Assembly: GCA_034521815.1 (NCBI GenBank)
Contig: JAXHLW010000013.1
Span: 992,001 to 1,056,000, forward strand
Length of the DNA stretch: 64,000 nucleotides
DNA from: Trueperaceae bacterium
GTDB taxonomy: Bacteria; Deinococcota; Deinococci; Deinococcales; Trueperaceae
Direction of reading: 5' to 3'
The position numbers were made by a program, and so were the translations under genes. Shown here in pieces: positions 49,084 through 60,243 of this stretch (position 1 is the first letter of the stretch; every line of letters begins with the position of its first letter). The notes beneath the pieces were generated by a model that worked only from the letters and a program-made list of their open reading frames with translations, was not told the origin of the DNA and searched no databases.

Positions 49084-50121
49084 ATGGCGCGCACCGCTCG
49101 GACGCGTCTGCGGGCCCCCGATCTGTCGGGACGCTTCGGGCTGCTGGTGATGCTGGCCGTGGTGACCCTCGTGGTCGCGGTGGCGGCGACGACGCAGGGC
49201 GTCGCGCCGGACCGGCTGCTGGCACTGACGGTACGCGGGGTGATGCTGGGCGGCATCCTGGCCCTGGGCGCGATCGGCCTGTCGCTGATCTTCGGCGTCC
49301 TGAACCTGCCGCACTTCGCTCACGGCGAGCTGATGACCGTCGGGGCGTACCTGACGCTGGCCCTGCTGACGATCCTGCCGGACGGCGGCCCACTGGCGCC
49401 GTTCTCGTTCTCGGCGACGTTCCTGTTGGCGCTGGCGGTGGTGGCGCCGGCGGTGGGGATGCTGTCGTACCTGCTCGACCGCGGGGTCTATCGACCGCTC
49501 CGCGCCCGCGGCGCCGCCCCGATCTACATGGCGATGTCGTCGCTGGCGATCGCGTTCGGACTGCGCAGCATCGTGTACCTGCTATGGGGCGCCGACTTCC
49601 GGTTCTTCTACCCCGGTCGGCCACGGCCGGCCGTGGAGCTGTTCGCCGGGATCCGCGTCCGGCCCGACCAGCTGTTCATTCTGGGGCTGGCCCTGGCGCT
49701 GATCGTGCTCGTGTACCTTCTGCTCGAACGCACGAAGATGGGCAAGGCGATGCGTGCGACCGCGGACAACCCCGAGCTGGCCCGCGTCGCCGGCATCGAC
49801 GTGGAGCGGGTGGTGCTGTTCACCTGGATGATCGGCGGAAGCCTCGCCGCGATCGGTGGAGCGATGTACGGCCTCGACGCGCAGATGCGACCCGAGATGG
49901 GCTGGTGGCTCCTGCTGCCGCTCTTCGCGGCGGTGATCCTCGGCACCATCGGCAACCCCTACGGCGCGCTCGCTGGCGGGCTGATCATCGGCGTCGCCTG
50001 GCAGCTGTCGAGCGCGTTCCTGAACCCGGCGTACGGTCCGGCGGTCGCTTTCGTCCTGATGATCCTGGTGTTGCTGGTCCGGCCCGAAGGGCTGTTCGGC
50101 GTGCCTGGGAGACGAGCGTGA
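49084..50121 (+). CDS. Branched-chain amino acid ABC permease (LivH-like)
   Basis: HFAHGE, GKAMRATADN, AAVILG and RPEGL. Confidence 0.9.
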   Translation: MARTARTRLRAPDLSGRFGLLVMLAVVTLVVAVAATTQGVAPDRLLALTVRGVMLGGILALGAIGLSLIFGVLNLPHFAHGELMTVGAYLTLALLTILPDGGPLAPFSFSATFLLALAVVAPAVGMLSYLLDRGVYRPLRARGAAPIYMAMSSLAIAFGLRSIVYLLWGADFRFFYPGRPRPAVELFAGIRVRPDQLFILGLALALIVLVYLLLERTKMGKAMRATADNPELARVAGIDVERVVLFTWMIGGSLAAIGGAMYGLDAQMRPEMGWWLLLPLFAAVILGTIGNPYGALAGGLIIGVAWQLSSAFLNPAYGPAVAFVLMILVLLVRPEGLFGVPGRRA

Positions 50122-51293
50122 GCGCCCTCGAGCTGGTCCGCGGACTGCTCCTCGCGGTGCCGCTGGCGCTGCTCCTGGCGGCGCTGGGTCGAGGCCTGCC
50201 GGTGCTGCGCTGGGCGGCGCTGCCGCTCGCCGCGGTGGCCGGCGTGGCGAGCGCCTCGCTGCTGCCGAGCGGCACCCTCGGCTACCTGGTGTCGTTCGCG
50301 CTGATGGCGTCGATCTACGCCGTGCTGACGTTGGGCCTCAACGTGCAGTGGGGCTACACGGGGCTGTTCAACGTCGGCGTGGCCGCCTTCTTCTCCGTCG
50401 GCGCGTTCGTCGCCGCGCTGGTGACCACGACCGCGCCGACCGGGCCGGTCGCCGCCTTCTCGCAGCAGGCGTTCGGCCTGGGCGCTCCGTTCCTGGTCGG
50501 CGTCGCCGCGGCGGGCGTCGTCTCGGGCGTGGTCGCCTGGCTGGTGGGACGCCCGACGCTCAAGCTGCGCGACGACTACCTGGCGATCGCCACCATCGGC
50601 ATCGCCGAGGTCGTTCGACTGGTGTTCCAGAACGAGCGCTGGCTGGCGAACGGGCCGCAGCCGCTGCGCGGCATCCCGCAGCCGCTCGACTGCCTCGTCG
50701 CGTCCGACGGCTGCGGATGGCTGCCGGGCGTCGTGAACGGCTGGTTCGCGCCGCTCGCGCCGCGCGACTACACGTACGTGTACCTGGCGCTGGTGGCCGT
50801 GATCCTGGCCCTCGTCTACCTCGTGCTCGAGAGGATGATCGAGTCGCCGTGGGGCCGCGTGCTTCGTGCCGTACGCGAGGAGGAGAGCTCCGCCCGCATG
50901 AACGGCAAGGACGCGGCGGCCTTCAAGGTGCAGGCGTTCGTGGTCGGCGCGGTGGTGATGGGGATCGGCGGGGCGCTGTACGCGCACTACATGGTCTCGA
51001 TCGACTACAGCCACTTCGACCCGCTCTACGCCACCTTCCTGATCTGGGTGATGCTGATGCTGGGCGGTAGCGGCAACAACCGAGGCGCCATCCTCGGCGC
51101 GTTCGTGATCTGGGGCATCTGGACCGGGACGGCGTCGCTGGTGGACGCGATCCGGCCGGCGCTGGCGGCCATCTCCCCCGACCTGCCCGCACGCGGACCG
51201 TACCTGCGCTTCCTGTTCATCTCGCTGATGTTCCTGGCGATCCTGCGCTTCCGGCCGCAGGGCCTGATCGGAGAGCGACGGCGCAAGGCCTGA
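50118..51293 (+). CDS. Branched-chain amino acid ABC permease (LivM-like)
   Basis: LGLNVQWGYTG, DYLAIAT, SPWGRVLRAVRE and GGSGN. Confidence 0.9.
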   Translation: MSALELVRGLLLAVPLALLLAALGRGLPVLRWAALPLAAVAGVASASLLPSGTLGYLVSFALMASIYAVLTLGLNVQWGYTGLFNVGVAAFFSVGAFVAALVTTTAPTGPVAAFSQQAFGLGAPFLVGVAAAGVVSGVVAWLVGRPTLKLRDDYLAIATIGIAEVVRLVFQNERWLANGPQPLRGIPQPLDCLVASDGCGWLPGVVNGWFAPLAPRDYTYVYLALVAVILALVYLVLERMIESPWGRVLRAVREEESSARMNGKDAAAFKVQAFVVGAVVMGIGGALYAHYMVSIDYSHFDPLYATFLIWVMLMLGGSGNNRGAILGAFVIWGIWTGTASLVDAIRPALAAISPDLPARGPYLRFLFISLMFLAILRFRPQGLIGERRRKA

Positions 51294-51369
51294 CGGTGGG
51301 CCGCCGGGGCGCGCCGCCGCGCGCCCGACGCGCACGGCAGGGCCCGTACGGAGGTGGCGGCACGAAGGA

Positions 51370-51398
51370 GGGGCGGGACCCGAATCGAGTCCCGCCCC
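51370..51398. terminator. GC-rich hairpin between convergent liv genes
   Basis: GGGGCGGGAC-N9-GTCCCGCCCC; no clear U-tract. Confidence 0.55.
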
Positions 51399-51426
51399 CT
51401 GTCGCGTGCCGATCCGGCGTGGCCGC

Positions 51427-52695
51427 CTACTCGGCCGGGATCTGGTCGGCGGTGCGGATCTCGACCGTCTGGATGTCGCCGTCGATGTAGCGCCACACCT
51501 CGACCGGCGTGACGACGTCGCCGACCGCGTCGAAGTCGACGTTGCTGGCCGCACCGGTGTAGTCGATCTCGGTGCCGGCCTGCATCAGCTCGATCGCACG
51601 TGCGAACTCGCCGACGCCTACCTGCTCGCCTTCGCCGTCCGCCACGCGCCGGACGGCGTCGCGCAGATTCGGACCGGTCGCAGCGACGCCGTCGACGTGG
51701 AGCTGGGCGACCGCCAGGCCCAGGACGGCCATCGCGTCGTACGCGGCGTCCATGAACGGCAACGGCGGGCGCTGGCCGTGCACGGCCTGGTAGGCGTCGA
51801 CGAAGTCCTGGAAGCCCGGCCACTCGGGATCGGACCCGGGCGCGGTGCCCCAGGCGCCCTCGAGCACGTCGGCGCCGACCGCGTCGATGATCTCGAGCGA
51901 TTTCGAGCCGTCCACGAACTGGAACGAGGTGAACTCGAACAGGTCGCGGGCCTCCTGCATGTAGACCGTCGCCTGACCGGGGTAGCTGATCACCATCAGC
52001 ACGTCCGGATCGTCGGCGAGCGCTTGCTCGAGAATGCCAGAGTAGGTCGGCTGCGGCTCCTCGGGATGGGCGACCTGGGCGGTGACGGTGCCGCCGCGCG
52101 CCTCGAACGCCGCGGCGAAGGCGTTGGAGAGCCCTTGGCCGTAGGGGTTGTTGACGTAGACGGTCGCGGCGGTCTCGTAGTCGACCGACGGGTCGAGCTC
52201 GCCCCGCGCGAGCTGCGCCGCTACGACGCCCTGGAGGGCGTCCGAGGCGACGGTGCGGAAGACGAAGTCGCCGTCGTCGAGGAAGCTGATCAGCGGCGAG
52301 GTGGAGGCCGGCGAGATCTGCACGACCTCTGCCGCGATGGTGGCCGCCTCGGCCACGTTGGTCGTCACCCCGCTCGAGAGCGCGCCGACGATGCCCGGAA
52401 CGCCGTCGACATCGACGAGCTTGCGGGCGCGATCGACGCCGGTGGAGGGACTCGTGGCGGTGTCCTCGGGGATGAGCTCGAGCAGCGGACCGCCGAACGC
52501 CTCGGTGGCAGCGGCGTTGAGCCCGTCGGCCGCGAGCTCGACGGCGTTCAGATGCGCGGAGCCGAACTCGGCGAGCGCACCGGTGAAGCTGAGCAGCGCG
52601 CCGATCGGCGTGACCTCGGGGACGTCCTGAGCCTGCGCGGACGCGCCCCCTACGGCGAGGGCGAGCGCGGCGAGCCATGGAAACGTATTCTTCAT
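51427..52695 (-). CDS. Branched-chain amino acid ABC substrate-binding protein
   Basis: Signal peptide, ISPASTSP, FRTVASDALQG, NNPYG and AYDA; GGAGG RBS. Confidence 0.9.
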   Translation of the reverse strand: MKNTFPWLAALALAVGGASAQAQDVPEVTPIGALLSFTGALAEFGSAHLNAVELAADGLNAAATEAFGGPLLELIPEDTATSPSTGVDRARKLVDVDGVPGIVGALSSGVTTNVAEAATIAAEVVQISPASTSPLISFLDDGDFVFRTVASDALQGVVAAQLARGELDPSVDYETAATVYVNNPYGQGLSNAFAAAFEARGGTVTAQVAHPEEPQPTYSGILEQALADDPDVLMVISYPGQATVYMQEARDLFEFTSFQFVDGSKSLEIIDAVGADVLEGAWGTAPGSDPEWPGFQDFVDAYQAVHGQRPPLPFMDAAYDAMAVLGLAVAQLHVDGVAATGPNLRDAVRRVADGEGEQVGVGEFARAIELMQAGTEIDYTGAASNVDFDAVGDVVTPVEVWRYIDGDIQTVEIRTADQIPAE

Positions 52696-52816
52696 GCGAC
52701 CTCCTTGTGGTCGGTGGCGGGAGTTCGGTGACGGGAGTCCGGTGACGGCAGCACGGACGAGCGTGCCGGCCTTCGGGGACGGGCGTGGCGCCCTTCGGAG
52801 GCGAATTCGAGCGTAG

Positions 52817-53998
<1,182 letters not shown>

Positions 53999-54025
53999 GC
54001 CGAGGGCGTCGTCGCCAAGAGAGAT

Positions 54026-54061
54026 GCGGGGGGCGACGGGTCGATCCTGTCGCCCCCCTGC
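54026..54061. terminator. Stable hairpin between gap and pgk (terminator or mRNA stabiliser)
   Basis: GGGGGGCGACGGG...CCTGTCGCCCCCT stem; no U-tract. Confidence 0.5.
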
Positions 54062-54157
54062 CTTGACCGAAGGCAGGGCTCCGCGCCCTGCGGACCGGAC
54101 GGACCGGCTGTCGCCGCGCCGCCCGAGAGATCCCGAACCGACCACCAGGAGGCCGTC

Positions 54158-55336
54158 ATGATCCCCACCCTTCGAGACCTCGACGTAAGCGGCAAGCGCG
54201 TGCTCGTACGCGTGGACTTCAACGTTCCCGTGAAGGGCGGCGTCGTCGGCGACGACACGCGCATCCGCGCCGCACTCCCGACCCTGCGCGAGCTGCTCGA
54301 GGCCGGTGCGACCGTCTTCTGCATGAGCCACCTCGGTCGACCCAAGGGACCGCAGGACGACGCGCGCATGGGGCCGGTGGCCGACCGGCTCTCCGAGCTG
54401 CTCGGCCGCGAGGTGCGCTACCTCGCCTGCGACGGGCCCGGCTCCCGCGAGCAGCAGGCCTTCGTGAGCGAGGCGCCGGGCGGCTCGCTCACGATGCTCG
54501 AGAACACCCGGTTCGACGCGCGCGAGACGAAGAACGATCCGGAGCTCGCGGCGATCCTGGCCGGCTACGCCGAGCTCTACGTGAACGACGCGTTCGGAGC
54601 GGCGCACCGTGCGCACGCCTCGACCGAAGGCGTGGCGCACCTGCTGCAGAGCGCCGCGGGCCGGCTGATGGAACGCGAGCTCGAGGTGCTCGGACGCCTG
54701 GTCGACGCACCCGAGCGACCGCTCAAGGTGATCCTGGGCGGGGCGAAGGTGAGCGACAAGATCGGCGTCATCGAGAACCTGCTGGGCAGCATCGACGAGC
54801 TGTTCGTCGGCGGCGCGATGGCGTACACGTTCTTCAAGGCCCAGGGCGGCCAGGTGGGCGACTCGCTGGTCGAGGACGAGAAGCTCGACGTCGCGCGCGA
54901 CCTGATCGCGCGGGCCGAGCGTGCGGGCGTGTCGCTGCACCTGCCGTCCGATTCGGTCTGCGCGGCCGAGGTCGAGGCCGGCGCCCAGACCTCGGTGCAC
55001 CCCTCGGACCAGATCCCTGCCGGTCTGAAAGGACTCGACGCCGGACCCGACGCGATCGCGGCATGGACCGACGCCTTGAAGGGCGCCAAGACCGTGTTCT
55101 GGAACGGTCCGCTGGGCGTGTTCGAGGTCGAGCCGTTCGACGCCGGCACCCGCGCCATCGCCAAGGCCGTGGCGGAGCTCGACGCCTTCACGGTCGTCGG
55201 AGGCGGCGATTCGGTCGCGGCGATCAACGCCACCGGTCTCGACGACCGGATCGACCACATCAGCACCGGCGGCGGGGCGTCGCTCGAGTTCCTGGAAGGC
55301 TCGGACCTGCCCGGGGTCGAGGCGCTCCGGCGCTGA
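54158..55336 (+). CDS. pgk: Phosphoglycerate kinase
   Basis: [26 protein letters not shown] and STGGGASLE. Confidence 0.98.
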   Translation: MIPTLRDLDVSGKRVLVRVDFNVPVKGGVVGDDTRIRAALPTLRELLEAGATVFCMSHLGRPKGPQDDARMGPVADRLSELLGREVRYLACDGPGSREQQAFVSEAPGGSLTMLENTRFDARETKNDPELAAILAGYAELYVNDAFGAAHRAHASTEGVAHLLQSAAGRLMERELEVLGRLVDAPERPLKVILGGAKVSDKIGVIENLLGSIDELFVGGAMAYTFFKAQGGQVGDSLVEDEKLDVARDLIARAERAGVSLHLPSDSVCAAEVEAGAQTSVHPSDQIPAGLKGLDAGPDAIAAWTDALKGAKTVFWNGPLGVFEVEPFDAGTRAIAKAVAELDAFTVVGGGDSVAAINATGLDDRIDHISTGGGASLEFLEGSDLPGVEALRR

Positions 55337-55418
55337 GCGACGTATGCGCGTGGCGCAGGTCGCCACGATCGCGACCGCTGGACCTGGACCGTGGGGGCCG
55401 CCGCAGTAGAGTGACGGT

Positions 55419-55770
55419 GTGCCCACGGTCCCGATCCTCGAACCCCACCGCGGAGCGCTCCAGCGCGTCCTCGGCGCGGACGCCGACGGCGTCGACGCGC
55501 TCAATTTGCACGGCGACTACACGTACCTCTCCTCCGGCTACTACGCGTCGCTGGACGCCGAGCTGGCCGGCGAGCGGATGCTGCCCACCCCGGAGGACGC
55601 GCTCGACGCCTACGTCGTGCCGATCGCGGCGGACAAAGCGCGGCGCGCCGGGATCGCCGTCCCCGACGTCACGCTGGTCACCGACCGGTTCCCCGCCCCG
55701 CCATTCGTCGCCTGGCCGGTCAACCCGTTCTCGGTCAAGGGCGAGCTGATCCTCGACGACGCTGCCCTCG
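55419..55770 (+). pseudogene. Truncated RimK-like ATP-grasp N-terminal (RLAN) domain gene
   Basis: NLHGDYTYLSSGYYASLDAE...LPT; homology appears to end after ILDDAAL. Confidence 0.6.
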
Positions 55771-55945
55771 GCGGCGCGCAGCAGCGCCGCGCCCACCCCG
55801 TGACCGCGCGTCGCGGTCGCGACCACCAGCGAGTACAGTCGCGCCGCGTCGAAGCCGCGACGGAACAGCACGATGGCGTCGCCGACGACGCGGCCGCCGC
55901 CGTCCAGATCGGCGAGCTCGGCGCGCCGGACCTGAACGGCGGCGC
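55762..55945 (-). pseudogene. GNAT acetyltransferase remnant with internal and C-terminal deletion
   Basis: VRRAELADLD joined to RVVGDAIVLFRRG-ARLYSLVV-RGHGVGAALLRAAE; no nearby start codon. Confidence 0.55.
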
Positions 55946-55953
55946 CCGCCGGA

Positions 55954-56913
55954 TCAGTCGTCGCCGTCCCCCAGCGCAGCCAGCAGGGCGGGCACGATCT
56001 CGTGCACGTCGCCGACGACACCGACGTCGCAGTGCTTGAAGATCGGCGCGTCGGCGTCCCGATTGATGGCCACGATCCGTCGGCTGCGACTCATGCCGGA
56101 CAGGTGCTGAACCGCGCCGGAGATGCCCAGCGCGACGTACACCTCGGGTGCGACCGTCTTGCCGGTCTGGCCGATCTGCTCCTCGTACGGGCGCCAGCCG
56201 GCGTCGACCACCGCGCGGGTCGCGCCGATCACGCCGCCCAGGCGGGCGGCGAGCGGCTCGACCAGCTCGGCGACGGCGTCGGCCGAGCCCACGCCGCGAC
56301 CGGCGGCCACGACCACCTCGGCCTCCTCGAGCGCCAGCTTCGCGCCCGCCGGGCGTCCACCGGCCTGGACGGCGACGCGGGCGTCTTCCGGCTCGAAGGC
56401 GACCTCCAGCGGCCGAACCTCGCCGTTCCCGTTCGCCTCGGCCGGCTCGTACGAGCCGATCTTGACGGTCGCGACGACCGGCGTCGCCTCGGCCACGATC
56501 TCCTCGCTGACGCGCTGGAGCTGCGTCAGACGCCAGCCGCGCACGCCGTCCGCGTCGGCCTCGAGCGCTGTGACGTCCTCGAGCAGCGCCCCGCCCACCC
56601 GCAGGGCGACGCGGGGGGCGACGGCCTGCGAGGTCCGGGTCCCGGCCAGCAGAAGTGCGCGCGCTCCGCTGGCCTCGAGGGCCGCGACGAGGGCCCGCGT
56701 ACGGGTCTCCTGATTGTCCTGCGGAAGGTCCAACTGGTGGACGACGGGCACGTACGCGGCCGCCGCCTGCGCCGCCTCCGCCCCTGCCGCGACGGCTTCG
56801 ACCTGGGCGCCCGCACGCTCGGCCAACGCTCGGGCGGCACCGACCGCCTGGAGCGAGGCCCGTGTCGGGGCGTCGGCGGTCGACTCGATCCATACCAGCA
56901 CGGGCGCGCTCAC
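55954..56913 (-). CDS. etfA: Electron transfer flavoprotein alpha
   Basis: AAGRG, GATRAVVD, QIGQTGK, GISGAVQH and AINRD. Confidence 0.95.
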   Translation of the reverse strand: MSAPVLVWIESTADAPTRASLQAVGAARALAERAGAQVEAVAAGAEAAQAAAAYVPVVHQLDLPQDNQETRTRALVAALEASGARALLLAGTRTSQAVAPRVALRVGGALLEDVTALEADADGVRGWRLTQLQRVSEEIVAEATPVVATVKIGSYEPAEANGNGEVRPLEVAFEPEDARVAVQAGGRPAGAKLALEEAEVVVAAGRGVGSADAVAELVEPLAARLGGVIGATRAVVDAGWRPYEEQIGQTGKTVAPEVYVALGISGAVQHLSGMSRSRRIVAINRDADAPIFKHCDVGVVGDVHEIVPALLAALGDGDD

Positions 56914-57651
56914 CGGCCCGCCTCGCGCAGGAAGCGCGCGACCTCGCCGGCCGCCTCGGCCGGGTCGCCCTCGAGCACGCGTCCAAGGCGGTCACGCTGC
57001 TCCAGGGTGCGTCCCACCGTCCGCGACCGTGACGCCGGCGCGTCGGCCGGCTCGCTCCTCGTCTCCTTGCGCTTCGCCTTCATGATGTTCGGAAGCGTCG
57101 GATATCGAGGCTCGTTCAGGCCCTGCTGCGTCGACACCACGGCGGGTAGCGGAAGCGTCAGCGTCTCGCTGCCCACGTCGGCGTCGTGCTCGGTGCGAAT
57201 GCCGCCGTCCTCCAGCGTGAGCGCGGTCGTCCAGTCCGACAGCGGCCACCCCAACGCCTCGGCCAGCGCCGGCCCCAGCGCCGCGCTGTCCCAGTCCGCC
57301 TGCTTGCCGCCGACGAACACCAGATCGGCCTCCTCCTCGCGCACCACGTCCGCGAGCCGCATCGCGACGGCCAGCGGATCCGAGCGCCTCGTCCGCCACC
57401 AGCAGCCGGGCCCGGTCGGCGCCCATCGCCAGCGCGGTGCGAAGCGCCTCCTCGGTCCGCTCCGGACCCAGCGCCACCGCCACGATCTCGGCGTCGAGCC
57501 CGTCGTCGCGGATGCGCAGCGCCTGCTCCACGCCGTACTCGTCCATGCCGTCGAGCACCCAGGCGGCGCCCGACAGGGCGACCTCCCCGTCCTCGATCCG
57601 CACCCGCGCCTCGGCGTCGGGAACCTGTCGGATCACCGTCAAGATCTTCAT
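56910..57651 (-). CDS. etfB: Electron transfer flavoprotein beta; frameshift near 57380
   Basis: RQVPD, ALAMGAD, GGKQAD and NEPRYPTL. Confidence 0.92.
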
Positions 57652-57679
57652 GCCTGCCTCCTCTTCAGGGCGACGACGA

Positions 57680-58841
57680 TCACGTTCGCCCCCTTCGCTC
57701 GCGATCACGGTAGATCTGGCGCACGATAACCATCCGCTGAATCTCGCTGGTCCCCTCGTAGATCCGGGTCACCCGCGCATCGCGCAGGTAGCGCTCGACC
57801 GGATGATCGCGCGTATAGCCAGCGCCTCCGAACACCTGCAGCGCCGCATCGGTCACGAATCCGGCCGTCTCCGAGGCGAACAGCTTGGCCATCGACGCCT
57901 CCTGCGTCACGCGGAAGCCGCGATCCATCGCCCACGCCGCCTTCTGGGTCAGGAGTCGCGCCGCCTCGATCCTCGTCGCCATCTCCGCCAGCGGAAACCC
58001 GACCCCTTGAAAGGCACGGATGGAGCGTCCGAACGCCTCGCGCTCGTCGGCGTAGTCTCGCGCCGCCTCGAACGCGGCCCGGGCGATGCCGACCGACTGC
58101 GCCGCGATGCCGATGCGGCCCCCGTCCAGCGACGCCATCGCCATCACGAATCCGTCGCCCTCGCCTCCCAGACGATCGCCGTCCGTGACGAACACGTCGT
58201 CGAAGGTGACGGTCGTGGTCACCGCCGCGTGTTGGCCCATCTTTCGCTCGGGCGTGCCGAACGACAGGCCGGGCGCGTCCCCGGGCACCAGGAACGCGCT
58301 GATGCCACGTGCCCCGCCTCGGGATCGGTGACCGCGAGCACCAGGTACAGATCGGCCTCGCCTCCACCGGTGACCCACGCCTTGGCGCCGCGCAGGCGGT
58401 ATCCGTCAGGCACGGCGCTGGCGCGCGTGCGAATCGCCGCGGCGTCGGAGCCGGCCTGCGCCTCCGACAGGCAGAACGCCCCGAACCAGGCGCCGCTCGC
58501 CAGCTTCGGCAGGTACGCCTCCTTCTGCGCCTCGCTGCCGTACGCGACGAGCATCTTCTGGGGCAAGCCGTTCGTGACCGCCATGAGCGTGCCGTGGGAC
58601 GCGTCCGCGGCCGAGATCTCCTCGATCGCGACGGTGAACGCCAACGTGCCCAGCCCGGCGCCGCCGTAGCGCTCGGCGCGCTGACGCCCATCAGCCCCAT
58701 CCGCCCCATCTCGGCGAGGGTCGCGCGGGGGAACGTCGGCTCCGCGTCCAGCCCGGCCGCGACGGTCGCGATCCGCTCGCGCGCGAAGTCGCGCACGTGG
58801 CGCCGAAGGTCCTTGAGGTCGTCGGGCAGCTCGAAGTTCAC
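57680..58841 (-). CDS. Acyl-CoA dehydrogenase; frameshifts near 58675 and 58315
   Basis: [34 protein letters not shown] and [11 protein letters not shown] across three frames. Confidence 0.9.
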
Positions 58842-58987
58842 GAGCTCGCCTCGGGCGTGGGCATGGCGAGGACTGTACCACCGCGACGACGCGCCTCCGA
58901 TCGTCGCCGCAGGTCTCCGCCGCCGCCCGCGAGCCGGCGCGTGGCGCGGCTGGCGACGCCGTTGCCGACAGCGATCTATCCTCCGGT

Positions 58988-59332
58988 ATGGACGCACACG
59001 ACCTGCTCGCCCGCCTGCCCGAGTTCCTGGACGCCGAGGCCGTACGCGGCGTCGACGCGATCGTCCAGTACGACATCGAGCGACCGCTGTGGCACGAGAT
59101 CCGTGACGGCGAGGTCCGCGTGCACGAAGGCCGCGCCGACGCGCCCGACCTGCAGGTCCGCGCCAGCGACGCGCTGTTGCTGGACCTGTTCTACGGCAAG
59201 GCCAGTCCGACGATGGCGATGATGTCGGGTCGCCTGAAGGTCAAGGGCGACATGCGGCTGGCCCGGAACCTGGTCGCGCTCGTCGACCGCGACCGGCTCG
59301 CGTCGCTGTCGACCGAAGACCGCGACGCATAG
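58988..59332 (+). CDS. SCP2 sterol/lipid-binding domain protein
   Basis: AMMSGRLKVKGDM motif. Confidence 0.85.
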   Translation: MDAHDLLARLPEFLDAEAVRGVDAIVQYDIERPLWHEIRDGEVRVHEGRADAPDLQVRASDALLLDLFYGKASPTMAMMSGRLKVKGDMRLARNLVALVDRDRLASLSTEDRDA

Positions 59333-59374
59333 CCGCGTTGCCGCGTTACCGCGTCGCCGCAGCGGCACGCTGGC

Positions 59375-59674
59375 TCAGTCCTCGTTCCCGGCGCGATCCA
59401 GCGCCGAGGCGAACGCGCGTGCCAGATCGGTCCGCTCGACCAGGCCGCCCGATCGCTCCTCGCGCACCCGAAGCCGGGACCGCGCGCCGTCGACGTCGGC
59501 GCGGTAGGCGAGGTGCCGAGCCAGCTCGTTCACGGCGCCCAGGGCCGATGACGACGACGCCTCGAATCGCTCGCGTCGCCGGGCGCCGCTCGGGGCCTCC
59601 AGCACCACGAGGATCGAGGCCCGGCCGGCCTTCGCGCCGACGATGAGCTGCTCGACGGTCCAGCCGTACCTCAC
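59375..59674 (-). CDS. Hypothetical protein
   Basis: Compact ORF filling the gap, GGAGG upstream; no recognised motif. Confidence 0.55.
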   Translation of the reverse strand: MRYGWTVEQLIVGAKAGRASILVVLEAPSGARRRERFEASSSSALGAVNELARHLAYRADVDGARSRLRVREERSGGLVERTDLARAFASALDRAGNED

Positions 59675-59751
59675 GCAGAACCTCCACGCACTCCCACGGT
59701 CACTGGCGTGCAGGGCCGGACGTCACGGGTCGCCGTCATGGACGCTCCGGC

Positions 59752-60243
59752 TCAGGACGGCGCCGCCTCGAGGCCGAACGCCCTGTGCACCGCTTTCAGC
59801 GCGTCCTCGGCGTGCTCGGCAGGGATCACGACCGAGACCCGCACCTCGCTGGTCGCGATCATCTCGATGTTCGCGCCGACGGACGCGACCGCGTCGAACA
59901 TCGTGCCGGCCACGCCGGGCGTGGATCCCACCGCGACGCCCACGATCGACAGCTTCGCGACGTCGCCGCTGGCGTCGGCGTGACCGCCGATCTCGGCCAG
60001 GATCGGCGCGACCGCGTCGAGCGCGTCGGGAACGAGGTCCTCGGCCACGGTGAACGCCATCTGCTGACGGCTGGCGCCCTCGCCGGGCACCCCTTGGATG
60101 ATCATGTCGACGCTGACGTGGGCGTTCCCCAGCGCACGGAACAGCCGGGCGGCGACGCCGGGCGTGTCGGGCAGGCCGACGAGGTCGATCCGAGCATGGT
60201 TTCGATCCAGGGCGACGCCGGTGACGGGCGAGTCGGTGATCAT
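59752..60243 (-). CDS. Aspartate kinase beta subunit from nested in-frame start
   Basis: GGAGG-ACCGC-ATG directly before the ACT region (MITDSPVTGVA). Confidence 0.7.
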   Translation of the reverse strand: MITDSPVTGVALDRNHARIDLVGLPDTPGVAARLFRALGNAHVSVDMIIQGVPGEGASRQQMAFTVAEDLVPDALDAVAPILAEIGGHADASGDVAKLSIVGVAVGSTPGVAGTMFDAVASVGANIEMIATSEVRVSVVIPAEHAEDALKAVHRAFGLEAAPS

